Assembly (NCBI RefSeq): GCF_018977255.1
Contig: NW_024704743.1
Coordinates: 45,634,001-45,698,000, forward strand
DNA length: 64,000 nucleotides
From: Callorhinchus milii
Taxonomy: Eukaryota
Reading direction: 5' to 3'
Positions within the stretch are counted from its first letter, which is position 1. The number at the start of each line of letters is the position of its first letter. Shown here piece after piece: positions 1 to 12,821 of this stretch. The notes beneath the pieces were generated by a model. It saw only the letters and a program-made list of their open reading frames with translations, made no database searches and was not told where the DNA came from. The position numbers and the translations under genes are program-made.

Positions 1-1190
1 GCAAGTCCGGCCATCAAACCAAGAAGCTTCGACAACAGTCTTAAACAAGATTTTAAAACAAAATCTGTCAAGGACACAAGAGGCAAAAAACCAAGACGAT
101 TCTCAGCATTAGGAATCTTGAGGAAAAACCTGTTCACTTTAAGCAATTATTTTTAATTATAAACTTAATTATAAACTTGCGAACAATGGTAGACTGAGGA
201 AGATGGCATGCAGCAACCCCATTAATCATGTGAGACAGCTCTGGAATCAAGCACTAATGTTTTCAAATGAACACATTTACAGTCCAAGTACTGTTCTTTA
301 ATTGTCCAGTATGTATTTGTAATATGCAACACAACTGGTTTGCTTTGCATAAATGCTCCATTTAGGCAAAAGAACAACAGAATGAAAAGTGCAGCAAAAT
401 AATGTAATGTATTTACTCTTGATAGATCAGTTTGTTAAATAAAGATGTTCACTGTCTCTGTGAAAAATTTGTTACTGTATCTTTACAAAATATACCAAAT
501 AAAACGTACAGATTTTATGATGAGAAGGGTATGCTTTTCAAAGATCTGTTATATTGAGATACATATGTAAAATATAATTTGTCCACAATCCCAATCATTC
601 CACTCTGGGTTAAATGAACAAGCTCCTGTTGCTTCTCCTAAAATTGCGCTTTGTAAATCTAAGCTTATGTCTTCCCTTCTTATAAAATATAATCCTTGAA
701 CAATTTTTAAAAAATTTCCTTCCACTGTTCAATTATAATTTTGTAGAATCACTAAGAATTATTTAAAAAAATTAAAATCCTGGTTTGTATTGATTGTACA
801 AACAAAGGAGACGAGTTAATTTTCTTAAGGTAACATGTTCATTGAATAAATAAGTCAATGAAGCACTGTTACTATTTAATGTAGCCATTTTGTTGACAAG
901 TAGAGTACGATTAACAAATATAAAGTAGTTAACCTAGTTAGTTTAGATTTGATTCAATGCAAAGTCCTCGTAGTCTTATGGATACATAACAGTCTTCCAT
1001 AAAATGCAGCTCCACATCTCTTTATATATAAAAACTGATTTTGTGAAGTACTATCTTGGCAAATGTACTACAAAGAAAACTGACTGCATTTTATATCAAA
1101 CTGTGGAATAAATGTAGTTCCAAGTTATAAGAAACTTAAAAACCTAGGGAAAAGTTTTTCTTTAATGCTGATCATTCAAGATTCACTTAC

Positions 1191-1272
1191 TTTCTAGCTC
1201 CTCAGTTTCAAAGTTTGTATTGACAACTGTACTCGTTTTACCCAAGTCCACAATAGCTTCTTCATCATGACG
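1191..1272 (-). CDS. SLC4A7: SLC4A7 (NBCn1) internal coding exon, 82 nt, phase 0 to phase 1
   Basis: Minus strand reads ttttttgtttgtttag|CGT...GAA A|gtaagt and translates to RHDEEAIVDLGKTSTVVNTNFETEELE, matching recalled human NBCn1 GPDEEAVVDLGKTSSTVNTKFEKEELE; the VDLGKT motif separates it from SLC4A10 (VDRGGT). Confidence 0.95.
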
Positions 1273-2184
1273 CTAAACAAACAAAAAAGAAATCATTAGC
1301 GCTCAGCATGTACAAACGTGACAAATTTAAAATTCAATACTCAAATACAAGATGAGGAGTGTATATTTTACAGATCAACACATTTTTTAAAAATATTGTG
1401 ACTAACCAGATGGACTACTGTTTGACCCTGTCCAGTATTCCCATAAATTTTCATGTGGCATTTCTACTGCATCCGAAACTACACTTTACGAAACAATTTG
1501 TTTAGGAAATGGAGGAGAAGAAATTGCATCTTGCAACAAGTGTCCCATTTTGGATTCCCAAAACAATTTATGAATAATAAAGAAAAACCAACAAGGTTGC
1601 TTTTAGACTGCAGTATTCCCCCCAAAAGGTATGTTGTCAAAATTGCAGCACACATACAAAAATATATTAGTTTTGATATAGTGGATACATAACTTTCAAG
1701 TCCGAGTGAACCCAAATGATCCAGGCATAAACATTTCCATCACAAATTGCAATTCACAATTGTCAATTCCAACATCTTCAGCAAAAGGAAATGCTACCCA
1801 AGCATTAAGGGCCCTTTGGGACTCCCCATTATGTAGCAAACTAATCAACACATTTTGTAATATTTATTGAAGACTGTTTATTCATGGACTTTTTCCAGTG
1901 TCACCTCCCATTTCCTCAAGGCGTTTGTTCGGTTCCCTCCTATTTTTAAAAATAAGTGATGTAGTTTCCTTAGCCACATTGTGAAAATCTAGAACAAGAT
2001 TTAATTCTTATTAAATAACCCAAATGAAAATCTGAAAATTGAAATCCAAGATGTGTACAAATTCTAATCCTATTCTAACCTGTCAAATTAAGTAGTGTTT
2101 ATTCCCATACATCTATCACAAAACGACATTAAATTTAAAATTGATTTAATAACTTACAAGACAAATTTACATTTATATAGAGCC

Positions 2185-2600
2185 TTTCACATTGGGAGCA
2201 GGGCATTGGATAGTCTAAGGTTTGCACTTGAGCTGGGTGTGTGAGCTGAGGAAGGGGATGGGGGGGGAGATAGGAAGATAGCCAAAAGCACAGTCAAAAA
2301 GATCTTGAGGCAGATCTTGAGGGAAGGCAAGGAACCAGTCAAAGGGACTCCATGATGAAGTTCCAGATTGGGATCAGATACTCTGAATGCCCAATTGCCA
2401 ATGATAGAGCAGGGGATGTGAAGCAGGCCAGTGCCCACTGAGCAAAGGGAGCTGCCAGGTTAGTAGGGTTTGAGGAGGTTGCAGAGATAGATGGTTTAAA
2501 AGTGAGGCGGGATTTAAAGGTTGGGATGAGGATCTTGAACTCAATCCAAGGGTGGATGGGGAGCCAGTGGAGTTAAGTGAGAATTAGGTGATAGGTTTGT
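2185..2600 (-). mobile_element. L2-clade LINE 3' fragment
   Basis: Minus strand encodes degenerate LHWLPIHPWIEFKILI, homologous to the L2 copy at 39028-39945. Confidence 0.8.
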
Positions 2601-3144
2601 GGAAAGAACTTTCACATCTTTTGCTCTAACTGAAGTATGGGCTAAATCTGTGCTACTTATTGGTGAATCATTAATAATAAATGCTGGTGGGACATTTATT
2701 GTACGTGTTTGAATTATTTTAAAAGATGCAAATATTAAAAGAAATACTTAATTTGTGGAAATGGGCAAACAAAATCTACCTCTATTGCAAGAAATACAAC
2801 ATGTATACACTACAGTGGCTCAACCCAGGCAAGGAGTCAAATCATTTCATCAGCACAGTTGCCCAACAGTAATACACACTCTGAAGTTGTGAACTCCAGT
2901 TAAGTCATTCTATTTTAATGGAAGCATAAGTTTACATCATGCCATGGGATTCTTTCCCAGTTACACACACTACTGCAGACTGTCCATTATAGACACCAGG
3001 TTTAGCAACTATCTGAATATAGCAAGGAATCAGAACCTCCATGTGATCAAAGCCCAAAGTCCTATCATGCCACATCTTAATGTCTCACAGAAATTTATCT
3101 CAGCATTTTATTTGCCTGTTGATTTAATGAGTAAATAAATGTAC

Positions 3145-3440
3145 TGCCTGGCACTGTGCCATTCGATATCATGAAAGGTCACAGGTTTGATTTTTATCTC
3201 TGTTGCATCAGAGTTCTTATCCGGGTCAATGGTCTGGCACAGCTGGTGCCATTGGTTAGAGAACGGGGTGGAGGAAGAAAATCAAGGCAGCGTGCTTCCA
3301 TCTGGTTGCTATCCAGTGATCATTGCTGAAAAGCATATATGCATATTAGATTAGAACAGGGTTGGGCTTGGCTGTGACTCATGAAAGAATGAGTATTGGT
3401 TACCATTCTCGAACGCAAATATCTACTGGGACATACCGGA
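3145..3440 (+). mobile_element. Ancient AmnSINE2-like SINE relic
   Basis: Motifs ttgctatccagtga, acagggttgggcttggctgtga; related copies at 32085-32290 (minus) and 63880-64000 (plus). Confidence 0.55.
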
Positions 3441-3512
3441 AAAATACCGTACCCTAGAAAGATTTAGTGCTTTCAAGCCAATTTTTATTAATACAAAAAT
3501 TGTGTAAAGACA

Positions 3513-4282
3513 AAATGCAAAATACTGCAGATGCTGGAAATCTGAAACAAAAACAGAAGTCACTGGGAACACTCAGCAGGTCAGGCAGCATCTATGGAGA
3601 AAGGAAAGTGAGTCAACGTTTCAGGTCCACGACCCTTCGTCAGAACTGGGAGGGAGAGGGCTAACGGAGAGGGGGGAGGCAGGACAAGGAAGACAAAGGA
3701 GAAAATGGGGCAGAGGAAAGGGGATGATGCCACTTCAACTCTCCACTCCCACTCGCACTCTGACCTCTCCATCCACGGTCTCCTACATGTTCCAATGAGC
3801 CACAGTGCAAGTTTGAGGAACAACACCTCATTTATCTGCTCGGGACCTTACAGCCCTCTGGCCTCAATATTGATTTCAACAATTTCAGACCATAACAGTT
3901 CACTTTCCCCCTCCCCCTCTTCTGTGATCATTACCACATCTCTGGGTCCCTATACACACCTTTTCTTTCTCTGGTCTGCCTATTTTGTTGCAATTTCCCC
4001 CCCCCTTTGTTTTGCATTATTAGCACCTCTATTCCCCTGTTTTGTTGCAATCCCTCCCCCCACCGGTTTTGCATCATTAACACCATTTTAACCCATCTCC
4101 CCTGTCCTCTACCCCTTTTTCTCCATTGTCTTCCTTGTCCTGCCTCCCCCCTTAAAAGCCTCTCCCTCCCAACATGCTCCAGTTCTGATGAAGGGTTGTG
4201 GTCCCAAAATGTTGACTCATTTTCCTTTCTCCATAGATGCTGCCTGACCTGCTGAGTGTTCCCAGCGACTTCTGTTTTTGTA
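3513..4282 (+). mobile_element. Penelope-like element remnant with inverted terminal repeats
   Basis: About 105-nt arms 3545-3649 and 4179-4282 are reverse complements; internal 3730-3890 translates (frameshifted) to HFNS..SHSDLSIHGLLH..EEQHLIYLLGTLQPSGLNIDFNNF, typical of the Penelope GIY-YIG endonuclease C-terminus. Confidence 0.85.
3611..3647 (-). ncRNA. Minimal type-I hammerhead ribozyme motif (Penelope-associated)
   Basis: AGUU-CUGACGA-A-GGGUC-GUG-GACCU-GAAA-CGUU-GACU: conserved core boxes, stem II, stem I AGUU/GACU, palindromic AACGUU in place of stem III. Confidence 0.65.
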
Positions 4283-5194
4283 TCGTGTAAAGATCCTTGT
4301 ATCCAGCAGACTCCAACACAACAGTAAAGTTCTCCATTTTCAATCATTTTCAAACAGCACAGCTAAGCTATATCAAATGCAAGTATTATTGTTATAATAA
4401 TTATTACTTAACTAGAATCGCAGCTACACGCTTTCAAATTCCCATGCTATGACGAACAGTTATATTAAACTCATTCTGTACCAGGCTTATGACACTCTAA
4501 TGGAAAGGATTTCCAAGGACAGTCATAAATAGATCCTTGCACAAGAAATAGGTTATTTGAAATTGCACCGGAGTACATAGAAATCCCTTTGAAAGCTTTT
4601 AAGATTTCAAATATTAAAAATCCTTTCAAATTAAATTTTTTTTAAATTTATACTATTACTTTTTCAAAAATAATTCTTATTTCTCCCCTATCTACTTGGG
4701 TATGGATCGACAGCCTGCAGGCACCTTTGGGACATCTTCCAAGTCATCATTATTCATGTGTATTGGGACGTCCTTCTGACGTGAAAGGTGCTACACAAAT
4801 GTAATCTTGTTGTTGTTGTTGTGTAAGATGACACTCAACGTGATAAACTACTGCAGCCAAAGCTAATCCTAACCACACCCAACACCTACAACTCTGCCCC
4901 TCGCATGAGGACCTGGATTAAGCAGCTGGGCTTGGACCTCGAGAACATCAAGGCAGCTGGCACATCACAAGCTTTACTATAAAGTTCCTCCCACCACGCT
5001 GAAGGCAGATGGCTGCAAGATGGCCGATGAGGAAATGTGTGCCCAAGCTGCGGACAGGAAGATGGTGGCATGTCCTCACGCATTTCATGCTGAGCTCTGT
5101 TGCCCTACGGGAAGCTCTCAGGGAATTCCTTGTACCTACCATTAACCATGCTTGTCAAATGTCAAACAACCAACTAGAGACGATTCTCTTTGGG

Positions 5195-5740
5195 GGTGAG
5201 GGAGATAAGCGCTCCAAGGTGACATGTTTGGCAACAGAATGTCGGAATCGAGTCAGCCCTCTGTGGCAGTCTCGGAAGTCAAGTTCCTCAGCCAGGTGGG
5301 TCAGGAATACTGCAGGTTAACCAGCCTGGCTCATCAGCAGGAGTTTTGAAGTGCAGACCAGTCACTGAGGGCAGAGAATCATGCCACTCAGCTCCAGCAA
5401 CTTAACCCTGCAACTCAATGCCCTAATGGGTTGTGTGGTGCTAGCTGAACAAGCAGCAGGAAAGCTTATCAGACAGCGATATCAAGGGCAAGCTATGCAG
5501 TTTAGCTGGTTAGACTCCAGCAGTACCCCAACGCACACCCTGGGGTCCCCAAGCCTCGGCTCTTGCCAAGCTTTCCAGAATTATGTAAGTAGGATGATTC
5601 CCTCCAAGGAGAGAGTGCACATTCCAACAATCTATCTCTGGAATTTCCATGTACAGGTGCATGGGATACTCAAATTGGTTTGGAAACTCTTAAGTAATGT
5701 GCTGGGTTTCCACATGTGCCAGAGGCTTGGCTAACCCCGC
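5195..5740 (+). repeat. Unclassified interspersed repeat (other copies 32985-33306 plus, 29165-29380 minus)
   Basis: Shared ctccaaggtgacatg(t/c)ttggcaa block in all three copies and cattccaacaatctatctctgg block in the two plus copies. Confidence 0.75.
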
Positions 5741-6930
5741 CACAAATATCCACACCTCTACATAGTGATCAAAAGCAGCAAAATTGGCGGACTTTTCCTT
5801 CCCTAACTCTGCAGAGGACAATTATGATGCTCCAACTGCTGTTCATTCTGTTATTCAGCTAAACAAGTACAAGTCAAGATTCAAACCTGTAATCTTCAAG
5901 CACCACCCCCTGTAATACCCAGACCAGGGATATAGCATTGTCCCCAAAGCATTGAGGAGTATATGTTTGTGGCTTACAAATCCATCACCTTACAAACACC
6001 CAGTGTCTCTCCCGACCATACATCACTTTCAAAGTACTTATAAAAACAAGTTCACTTAAGATTTCATAAATTAATACATCCAATTTTGAACTCAAAAAGC
6101 GTTTTTTGTAAAGCAAGATGCTTTCAGGATTTAAAATGAAACTCACCCAGACACCAAGCAGAGTGTCAGACAATGGCACTCATCAGAATTTCGACTTGCT
6201 ACGTTAAGCAATTGAAAAGGAATGGTGGAGAATCAATAAGATCTTTCACCTCGCCTCAGAAATTCAGTTAAGATGAGCTTGATCATGAGAGTAGCATAAC
6301 TTGCAGTAAGCCTAAATTACTTTTTGTGCATTACTTCCAAATAGCGTTTTTTTTAAAAAGCGCTCATTTTTCAGAAAATAATAGATGTATATCAGAGCAA
6401 TATAGGGCCAGCCTTAACCCTACTAAGTACTGAATAGTTTAAAATAAAAGTATGAGGAAGGGAAGACATGATAAATGTATTCCTTTCAAAAAGTGATTTG
6501 AAGCTTATAAGCTAAAATTGTGGCTTCAATAGCTCATCTTTATACATCATCTTTAACTTTAAAACTAATGCTGTGTTAAATTGTGCACAGACCAATCTTG
6601 TCTAATCTTGTTGTTGTCTGAAATACTAGCCAGCTGTGAGAAAGGAAAAGGTCAAAAGTGTGTTGATCAGATGAAGAAACGCTCACCCACATACATTTAG
6701 GATTTGTTTTCAAGCCAAGAAGTGCTGTCAATTGGTATGTGACTTGATCCAGCCAGAAGCAATAAAAAATACATTCAGAAGGGTATTTTTGGTCTCTCGG
6801 TGTTGGCCGAATAAATGTGTGTTGGCCAAAGAAGGTAGTGAGATTCAGCATGATAGCACAGTAGTATGCATACTAATTAAACTGCATTTAAATGGAACTT
6901 AGTTTTATTTTCTAAGAATATAGAAAACGT

Positions 6931-7170
6931 TACTCAGTGGTTAGACTACTCGCCTCGCAAGCGAGAGACCTGCATTTGATTCTTGGCAGGGCAAGTTTCC
7001 TTACTCCACACATCTGATAATAAAAAAAAAAAAAAAAATTTGTCACTTCAATCCACGACTGTTTCGCCGACAAATATACAGTCAATTCACTTTACAGTAT
7101 ATTCTGTGAAATGCTTTGAGACATCTAGATGTGAAAAGCGCTATATCAAATGCAAATGTTATTATTATTA
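6931..7170 (+). mobile_element. Internally deleted tRNA-derived SINE
   Basis: ctcagtggttaga head, gggcaagtttccttactccacac, cagtcaattcactttacag tail, (att)n end. Confidence 0.85.
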
Positions 7171-9999
7171 ATATGTTTTGACTATAGTAGTGTGTGCTGA
7201 ACTTTTTAAAAATGCCACATTCAAATAAAGGATATTAAGAGAAATACATTTTTTTTCCTGATGCAGGAAGTCAAATTAGAGAAAGCGAGGCAATTTTCTT
7301 AATACGAGCAGCAATTCTACAAAAGCGTCTAAAAAAATTATAACATTGTATAAATGGAAAATTTTTACTTTTTCCTCAGTTGATCAACTTTGCTGAATGC
7401 CAATTTAGTCTCATTGTGTTCAACTGTAGACTTCAAACGATTTAAATAATCCACTTAAATCAACAGGTCGGTCTGCAAAATCTGGCATACAAAATGCCTT
7501 TGAAGCCTTATAAAAGCCTTATAAAAAGCAACAAGTGCCTAGATTCCAAAATCTTGTGTATACAATATGAAATGGTTCCCTGATAAAAAAAAACATTTTT
7601 AATCTGCTGGATTTGCAAAAGTACTTATAAAATAAAAGTTCACTTAAGAATTCATGAATGAATACATCAAATGCTGAACCAACTCAATGGGTGTTTTTTG
7701 TAAAGCAAGATGCTTTCAGAATTTAAATTGAAACTCACCCAGACACCACTACAGAGTTCCAGACAATGATAATCAGACAATCCATTTGCTAGGTTCAGCT
7801 GACTTTTTTCATCCAACAATACTTCAACTCACATTCTGCTGGTTTTGCACAATTCCATCACTCTAATAGTCTGCATAATCCCAGGAAATAATTCAACCAC
7901 AGCAATCAATGATTCAGTGCACATTCACAACATCTGTGAAGAAATTCACATGGCAGCACTGTTTAATACAACTCAATTAGATCCTCTCAATACTTAACCT
8001 TTTAAAACAAGTTCTGACATATTCCACTTTTATTTTGGGGAGCAAGTGGAAAGGAAATTAATTTAGGAAGGTTGTTACATCGACAATAATCCAATGCAGG
8101 TAGCCAAATTTAAACACAATAATGCAATTGTAAATTTACTACAGAACGTACTGCTTGTTACACAGACCATCCGAGTGGAATAAACAGAAGCTAAGTTCAA
8201 AGAGTTAATTTAACTAACCAATGAACCTACTACCTATACTTCACACTGTTTTGTCTCAACTCTGATGCAGTTTATAAAATGTAACAAAGCATTCAGTACA
8301 TTAATAAAGATAGCATTTTACTTGAGGTTTTGGTGGCAGCAAGAAATAATGCGTAGATTGCATGTTCTTCACAATGGCCTCTTCAACAGAAATAGATACA
8401 AACTTCACTCTCCCAAATAGAATGGTAAGGTTATGATGAAGGACACGCTATATATTGACCACAGCTGACTGTGAAGGTAGTGCGTAAAACTTCACAGCAC
8501 CAATCAGAAACTTTCCTCCCAAACTTTGGATTTTGCACAATACTCCTATGGGTAAATTTACTACCATGTGCCTATGAAAGATGTCTTTGCATTGCACAGC
8601 AATGAAACCATGTCATGGCATATCAAAGTAAGCCTAATAAGACATTTCTTCTTTCCCTCCCCAGGTCAGCTAAAGGATTATAGATGACATCTTATGCTTC
8701 AAAGCTTATCTATCCTGCAAAACGAGAAGCCTCAAAAACATAAAATCCTCTGCTTCATTATGCCTCAGATAAAGTGAGTGTCAGATTACTTGCAGTTCAT
8801 CAGTCAAAGCATCTAGTAGAAGTACTAAAAATACAGTAAAAAGAAAAAACAGGAAATGAAGTGACTAAGGTTCATTATGAAAATATTTTCGGCATTATCT
8901 AGTATTCTGCCTCTCGTTGTTGTCTCCACAAGAATCTACAGTGTGAGGAAGTGCCATAGTTCAAGTAGAACTTTCGGTTTTGTTTTGAGATATTTTATTT
9001 CAACAGAAGAGAGAACCAAACTACATGTTAGAAATTAATCATTTCATCCTGACAAGCTTAGGATCTTACCAAGCATGTTTTACAATCTGTTTTCAAAACT
9101 CTAATGAAACCTCAACAGGGTTCAATGCCTCAACTTGAATTTAGCAGCAGATTTGATAAGTGCAGAATCAGATACAAACCACTCAACCACTCATGCACTT
9201 GAATGAACTTTTTTTGGGTGGTGGTGGGGGGGGGGGGGGGGGTAGGGAGAGGGTGCAGAAAAGAACGAGAGATGTGGGATACTAAATGACTCAAAGTTTT
9301 CATACAATACACCCATTGAATATAGCATAATATAAAGGTGACGATGGGCCAATCATGCAAGAACAACAACAATAAGGCAAGGAGTTTTAAATAAACAATG
9401 CTACAGATGACGGAAATGCTCCACACCCTTATAATCCCACCAAACCGGGTTTGGAGTTTGGAAACCGGACTTTGGAAACTGGATTTTGCACGCATATGAA
9501 AAAACAAGATCTACTAACAATTATATGATCCATTAGTATAGTTTCTATGAGATGATCTTGTAGATCCAAACATTTTTCCACAAGAATGCCATACATTAAA
9601 AGCTTACTGCATCTATTGACAAGTAAATTAAATATTCATAGGCTTTTGTTGCTTAGAGTCAACATTCAAACTCTGGTGGCTTCATTGTAGCAGATTCTTC
9701 ATTTGATTTTAAAATAAAAACATCAGAACAATTAAAATATGAAACTAAAATAAGATAAGAACAATAAAACTGGAAAGTAAAAAGCAAATCATAGAACTTT
9801 AGCCCAGGTGATGGGCAGGGAAATTCATGAGAGCAAAGATGCTTTATGAAATTACACATAATACTCAGTAAGTAGCAACACATTGCCCTCCGTGTACATA
9901 TAAGGGGTAGCCCACTCACATCAATTCATTCTGCTGCATTTGAATTGAAAATGGAAATAATACACTTCCCTCACTTCCTTTGTTCTCTACCTAACAAAA

Positions 10000-10250
10000 G
10001 CAGCAAATTAGATTTGTATAGTGCCTTTCACGTCCCGAGGCGCTTGACAGTCGGGAATTTGGACCCAAGCTGGGGTTTGGAATCAGTAGGAGGAGAGGAC
10101 AGGGAAGGTTGGAGACTGACTGACTGACGGTGTGGTGGAAGTTGAGGGTCTTGGCACGGTGTTGAAGGAGTTAAGGGAGAGAACAAGGCGAAGGGACTGT
10201 GGGATGGAGTTCCAAAGGATGAGGGAGAGAAGGTGAAGGCCTTCCGGCCT
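10000..10250 (-). mobile_element. L2 3'-end fragment
   Basis: Reverse complement of the L2 3' UTR and tail seen at 25750-25960. Confidence 0.65.
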
Positions 10251-10964
10251 TGTCACTAATATGCATTTAGTTGGGCAATCTGCATTGCCCGATGCCATGA
10301 TGGTTGGTCAAAACCTCATCTTCTGTACTTGTTCACTGTTCTGTGCTGTACATGCAGTCCTTCGGTATTGCAGCCAGTAAGTGTGGATGACGGGTGGGAA
10401 CTTAGGTTCCTGTGATTGTCTCACATGGAGCACTGCGTATGCTGCTTCAAGGCCAGTAAGTGCGCATGCGGTGAAGGCTCCCCTTCACTCCACGTGACCA
10501 GACATTCCTCTCTCTCACCAGGTGATCATGTGACAGATGCTCTTTCCTCTCGGCTTTGCTGTACGAATTGAACTTTACAACTTTTTACTTTTTGTTGCAT
10601 CATAAATTTGAATTAGTTAATTGTACAACTGAATGCATAATTAAGAGCACAATATAATAATAACAAATCCTTGCATTTGATACAAAACATAATAGCTATT
10701 CGTGTGCAGCTTGACTAGGTGAAAATTGTACCAATTCAAGCTGCGCATTAAACCAGGGGAGCTTTAACGTGCTGCTTCAATAGGTGCAACGTTAGACCAC
10801 AGAACCGGGATTTGAATGAAAGCGTGCCATTTGTGCTTTCATTCAAATCACGGTTCAGGCCACACTGCGCCTAAAAAAAGACCGGCGTGATCTCTGCTCC
10901 ACAGACGGGATTAAATACGCATAGTTTACAGATAAAACCCGAAGAGTTGGCAAGTATGCAGAAC

Positions 10965-11034
10965 ATTCAGTGGGCCGGATGAAATCATCTCCCGGGCCGG
11001 ATGTGGCCCGTGGGCCACCAGTTGGACCACCCTG
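10965..11034. mobile_element. hAT/Charlie-like non-autonomous element terminus
   Basis: gggccggatgtggcccgtgggccaccagttggaccaccctg; the complementary terminus cagggtggtccaac occurs at 50756. Confidence 0.65.
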
Positions 11035-11879
11035 AATGATTTAGGATTATAGTAATTTAGTTATTCCAATACTTGAGAGGCTTTATGACTGTTAGTTTGG
11101 TTCAGTATGAGGTTATCCAAGCTGAAATATACAGAATTAGTCAGCCTTTGGAGATAGTCATTTCCATAAATCTGATGTAAGAATGAAAAAGCTTACACAA
11201 CTCAGAAAAGCCATGGGATGACCCCACCAATCTGTATTTGCAAGCAAAATAGTTTTGTTTGTCTCAGTTGAACACTGACCAAACATTTGTTTTCATAAAT
11301 AACGGAATCACAAATACTTAATAAAAAAAATCACATTCACTTAAATAAAAACATTGTTCTTGTGCACATCACATCAAAGATTACACTTAGAGCTCAAACC
11401 TTGAGTTTCCTTTAATTAAAAGCACAATTTGAAACCTAGTTTTATTGTTGGATACAGGATGTGAGCCGCAACAGAGACTGAAGCAGTCAAACATGAAAAC
11501 CTTTACAACAGTAAGGAGGCAGCGACAAGACACCAAAAAACCCTGTACAATCTGACAATTGCCAATTTCTTTTGTTAATTTAATTTCCACTGCATTCTAC
11601 CAATACAAGTAATGGATCCTGACATTATAAAGAACAAAAGCCAGCAGAAGCATCTCCTCTGCATTCCACAAATGACATGACTGATGGCTTCAATTAACTA
11701 TTCCCATTTCAGCCCTGCTCTGCTGCTACCTTACAGAAAAGAAAAATTCAAACGATATCTAGCTTTTTCCAACATCAACACGTCTTTGACTGCTGCGTTT
11801 CACACACTAAGATGAAGGGAATTGAAACCAAAATTTAAATCGATATCTGCTACGCAAAAGGAAATAGAATGGTACATAC

Positions 11880-11915
11880 AGATAAAAGGTTTTCTTCAGG
11901 CCAGTTATTCTCCAT
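11880..11915 (-). CDS. SLC4A7: Candidate alternative first coding exon of SLC4A7, MENNWPEENLLS
   Basis: aaagaATGG (A at -3, G at +4), 12 codons, phase-0 donor TCT|gtatgt; CCAAT motifs at 12057 and 12094 upstream; position and size analogous to the mammalian MERF-type first exon. Confidence 0.5.
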
Positions 11916-12821
11916 TCTTTGAAAATATAGAATACGGTCGTTCCGAGGTCCAAAAGGATTAGTTCATTTCCTGAGTGTCTGCAGTATCTGTAATGTTTTA
12001 GTCTTCACTGCCTTCACACCAATGCACTCAAGTAACCTGCTGTTTCCACCAGCCAACCAATTATAGCTGTGTGTGAAAATGTAATCTTACAAGCCAATAA
12101 CAGCCATACGCAGGGTCACAGAAGAGGGGATTTCTCAGCTGCAAATACATACTTTCAATTCCATCTGAGAGGAATACCAAAAAAGGCCCTGGAACAAGAC
12201 CTTACTAGTATCTTTCAAAAGAGAAGGTTATGGCAACTTCATCATAATAGATTCATTTTGTACTCAAAGTCGGTTGTAAACACCGCCTGCTATTTAAAAC
12301 TAGAGTACTGAAGTTGTAAAGATGATTAATTGCAGAGGCTACAGTATTGGTTACACATGGTTTTATATAAATATATTAAGGAGCGCTTTGAGACGCCTTC
12401 CAGCGGGAAGGGCTCTATGTAAATACAAGTTGTTGTTGTTGTAATAACTATGATTTCCATTTCTTTCAAACTAAATGGGCTGATTAACAGCTCAAATCTT
12501 AGGTATACTAATTATACTCATATTTTGTGCATTCAGAAGTCATATTACAGTATAGCTCAAGAATGGGGAGAAGAATGATGGAATAGCTATACAACTCTGT
12601 TCCAGTCACATACCTATTATTCAACACCACCAAAATCATTGGCTTTGGAAGCTCCTACATCTGGACTACGTGGTGTCAAACCATTGTTTCACAGCACAGG
12701 GGATTAGTGAACTGGTCACCTCGATTTCTGCTTGCAATATTTTACTGAAGATTACTGACAGTGTTGTCTTGGTGAAAAAAGTCTTGTTTTTTTCTTGCAA
12801 TACAAAATATTTGTCTTAACA

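Noticed and set aside
4181..4217. Second active hammerhead on the plus strand
   Set aside because: The essential GAAA core is mutated to AAAA and the AACGUU palindrome is lost.
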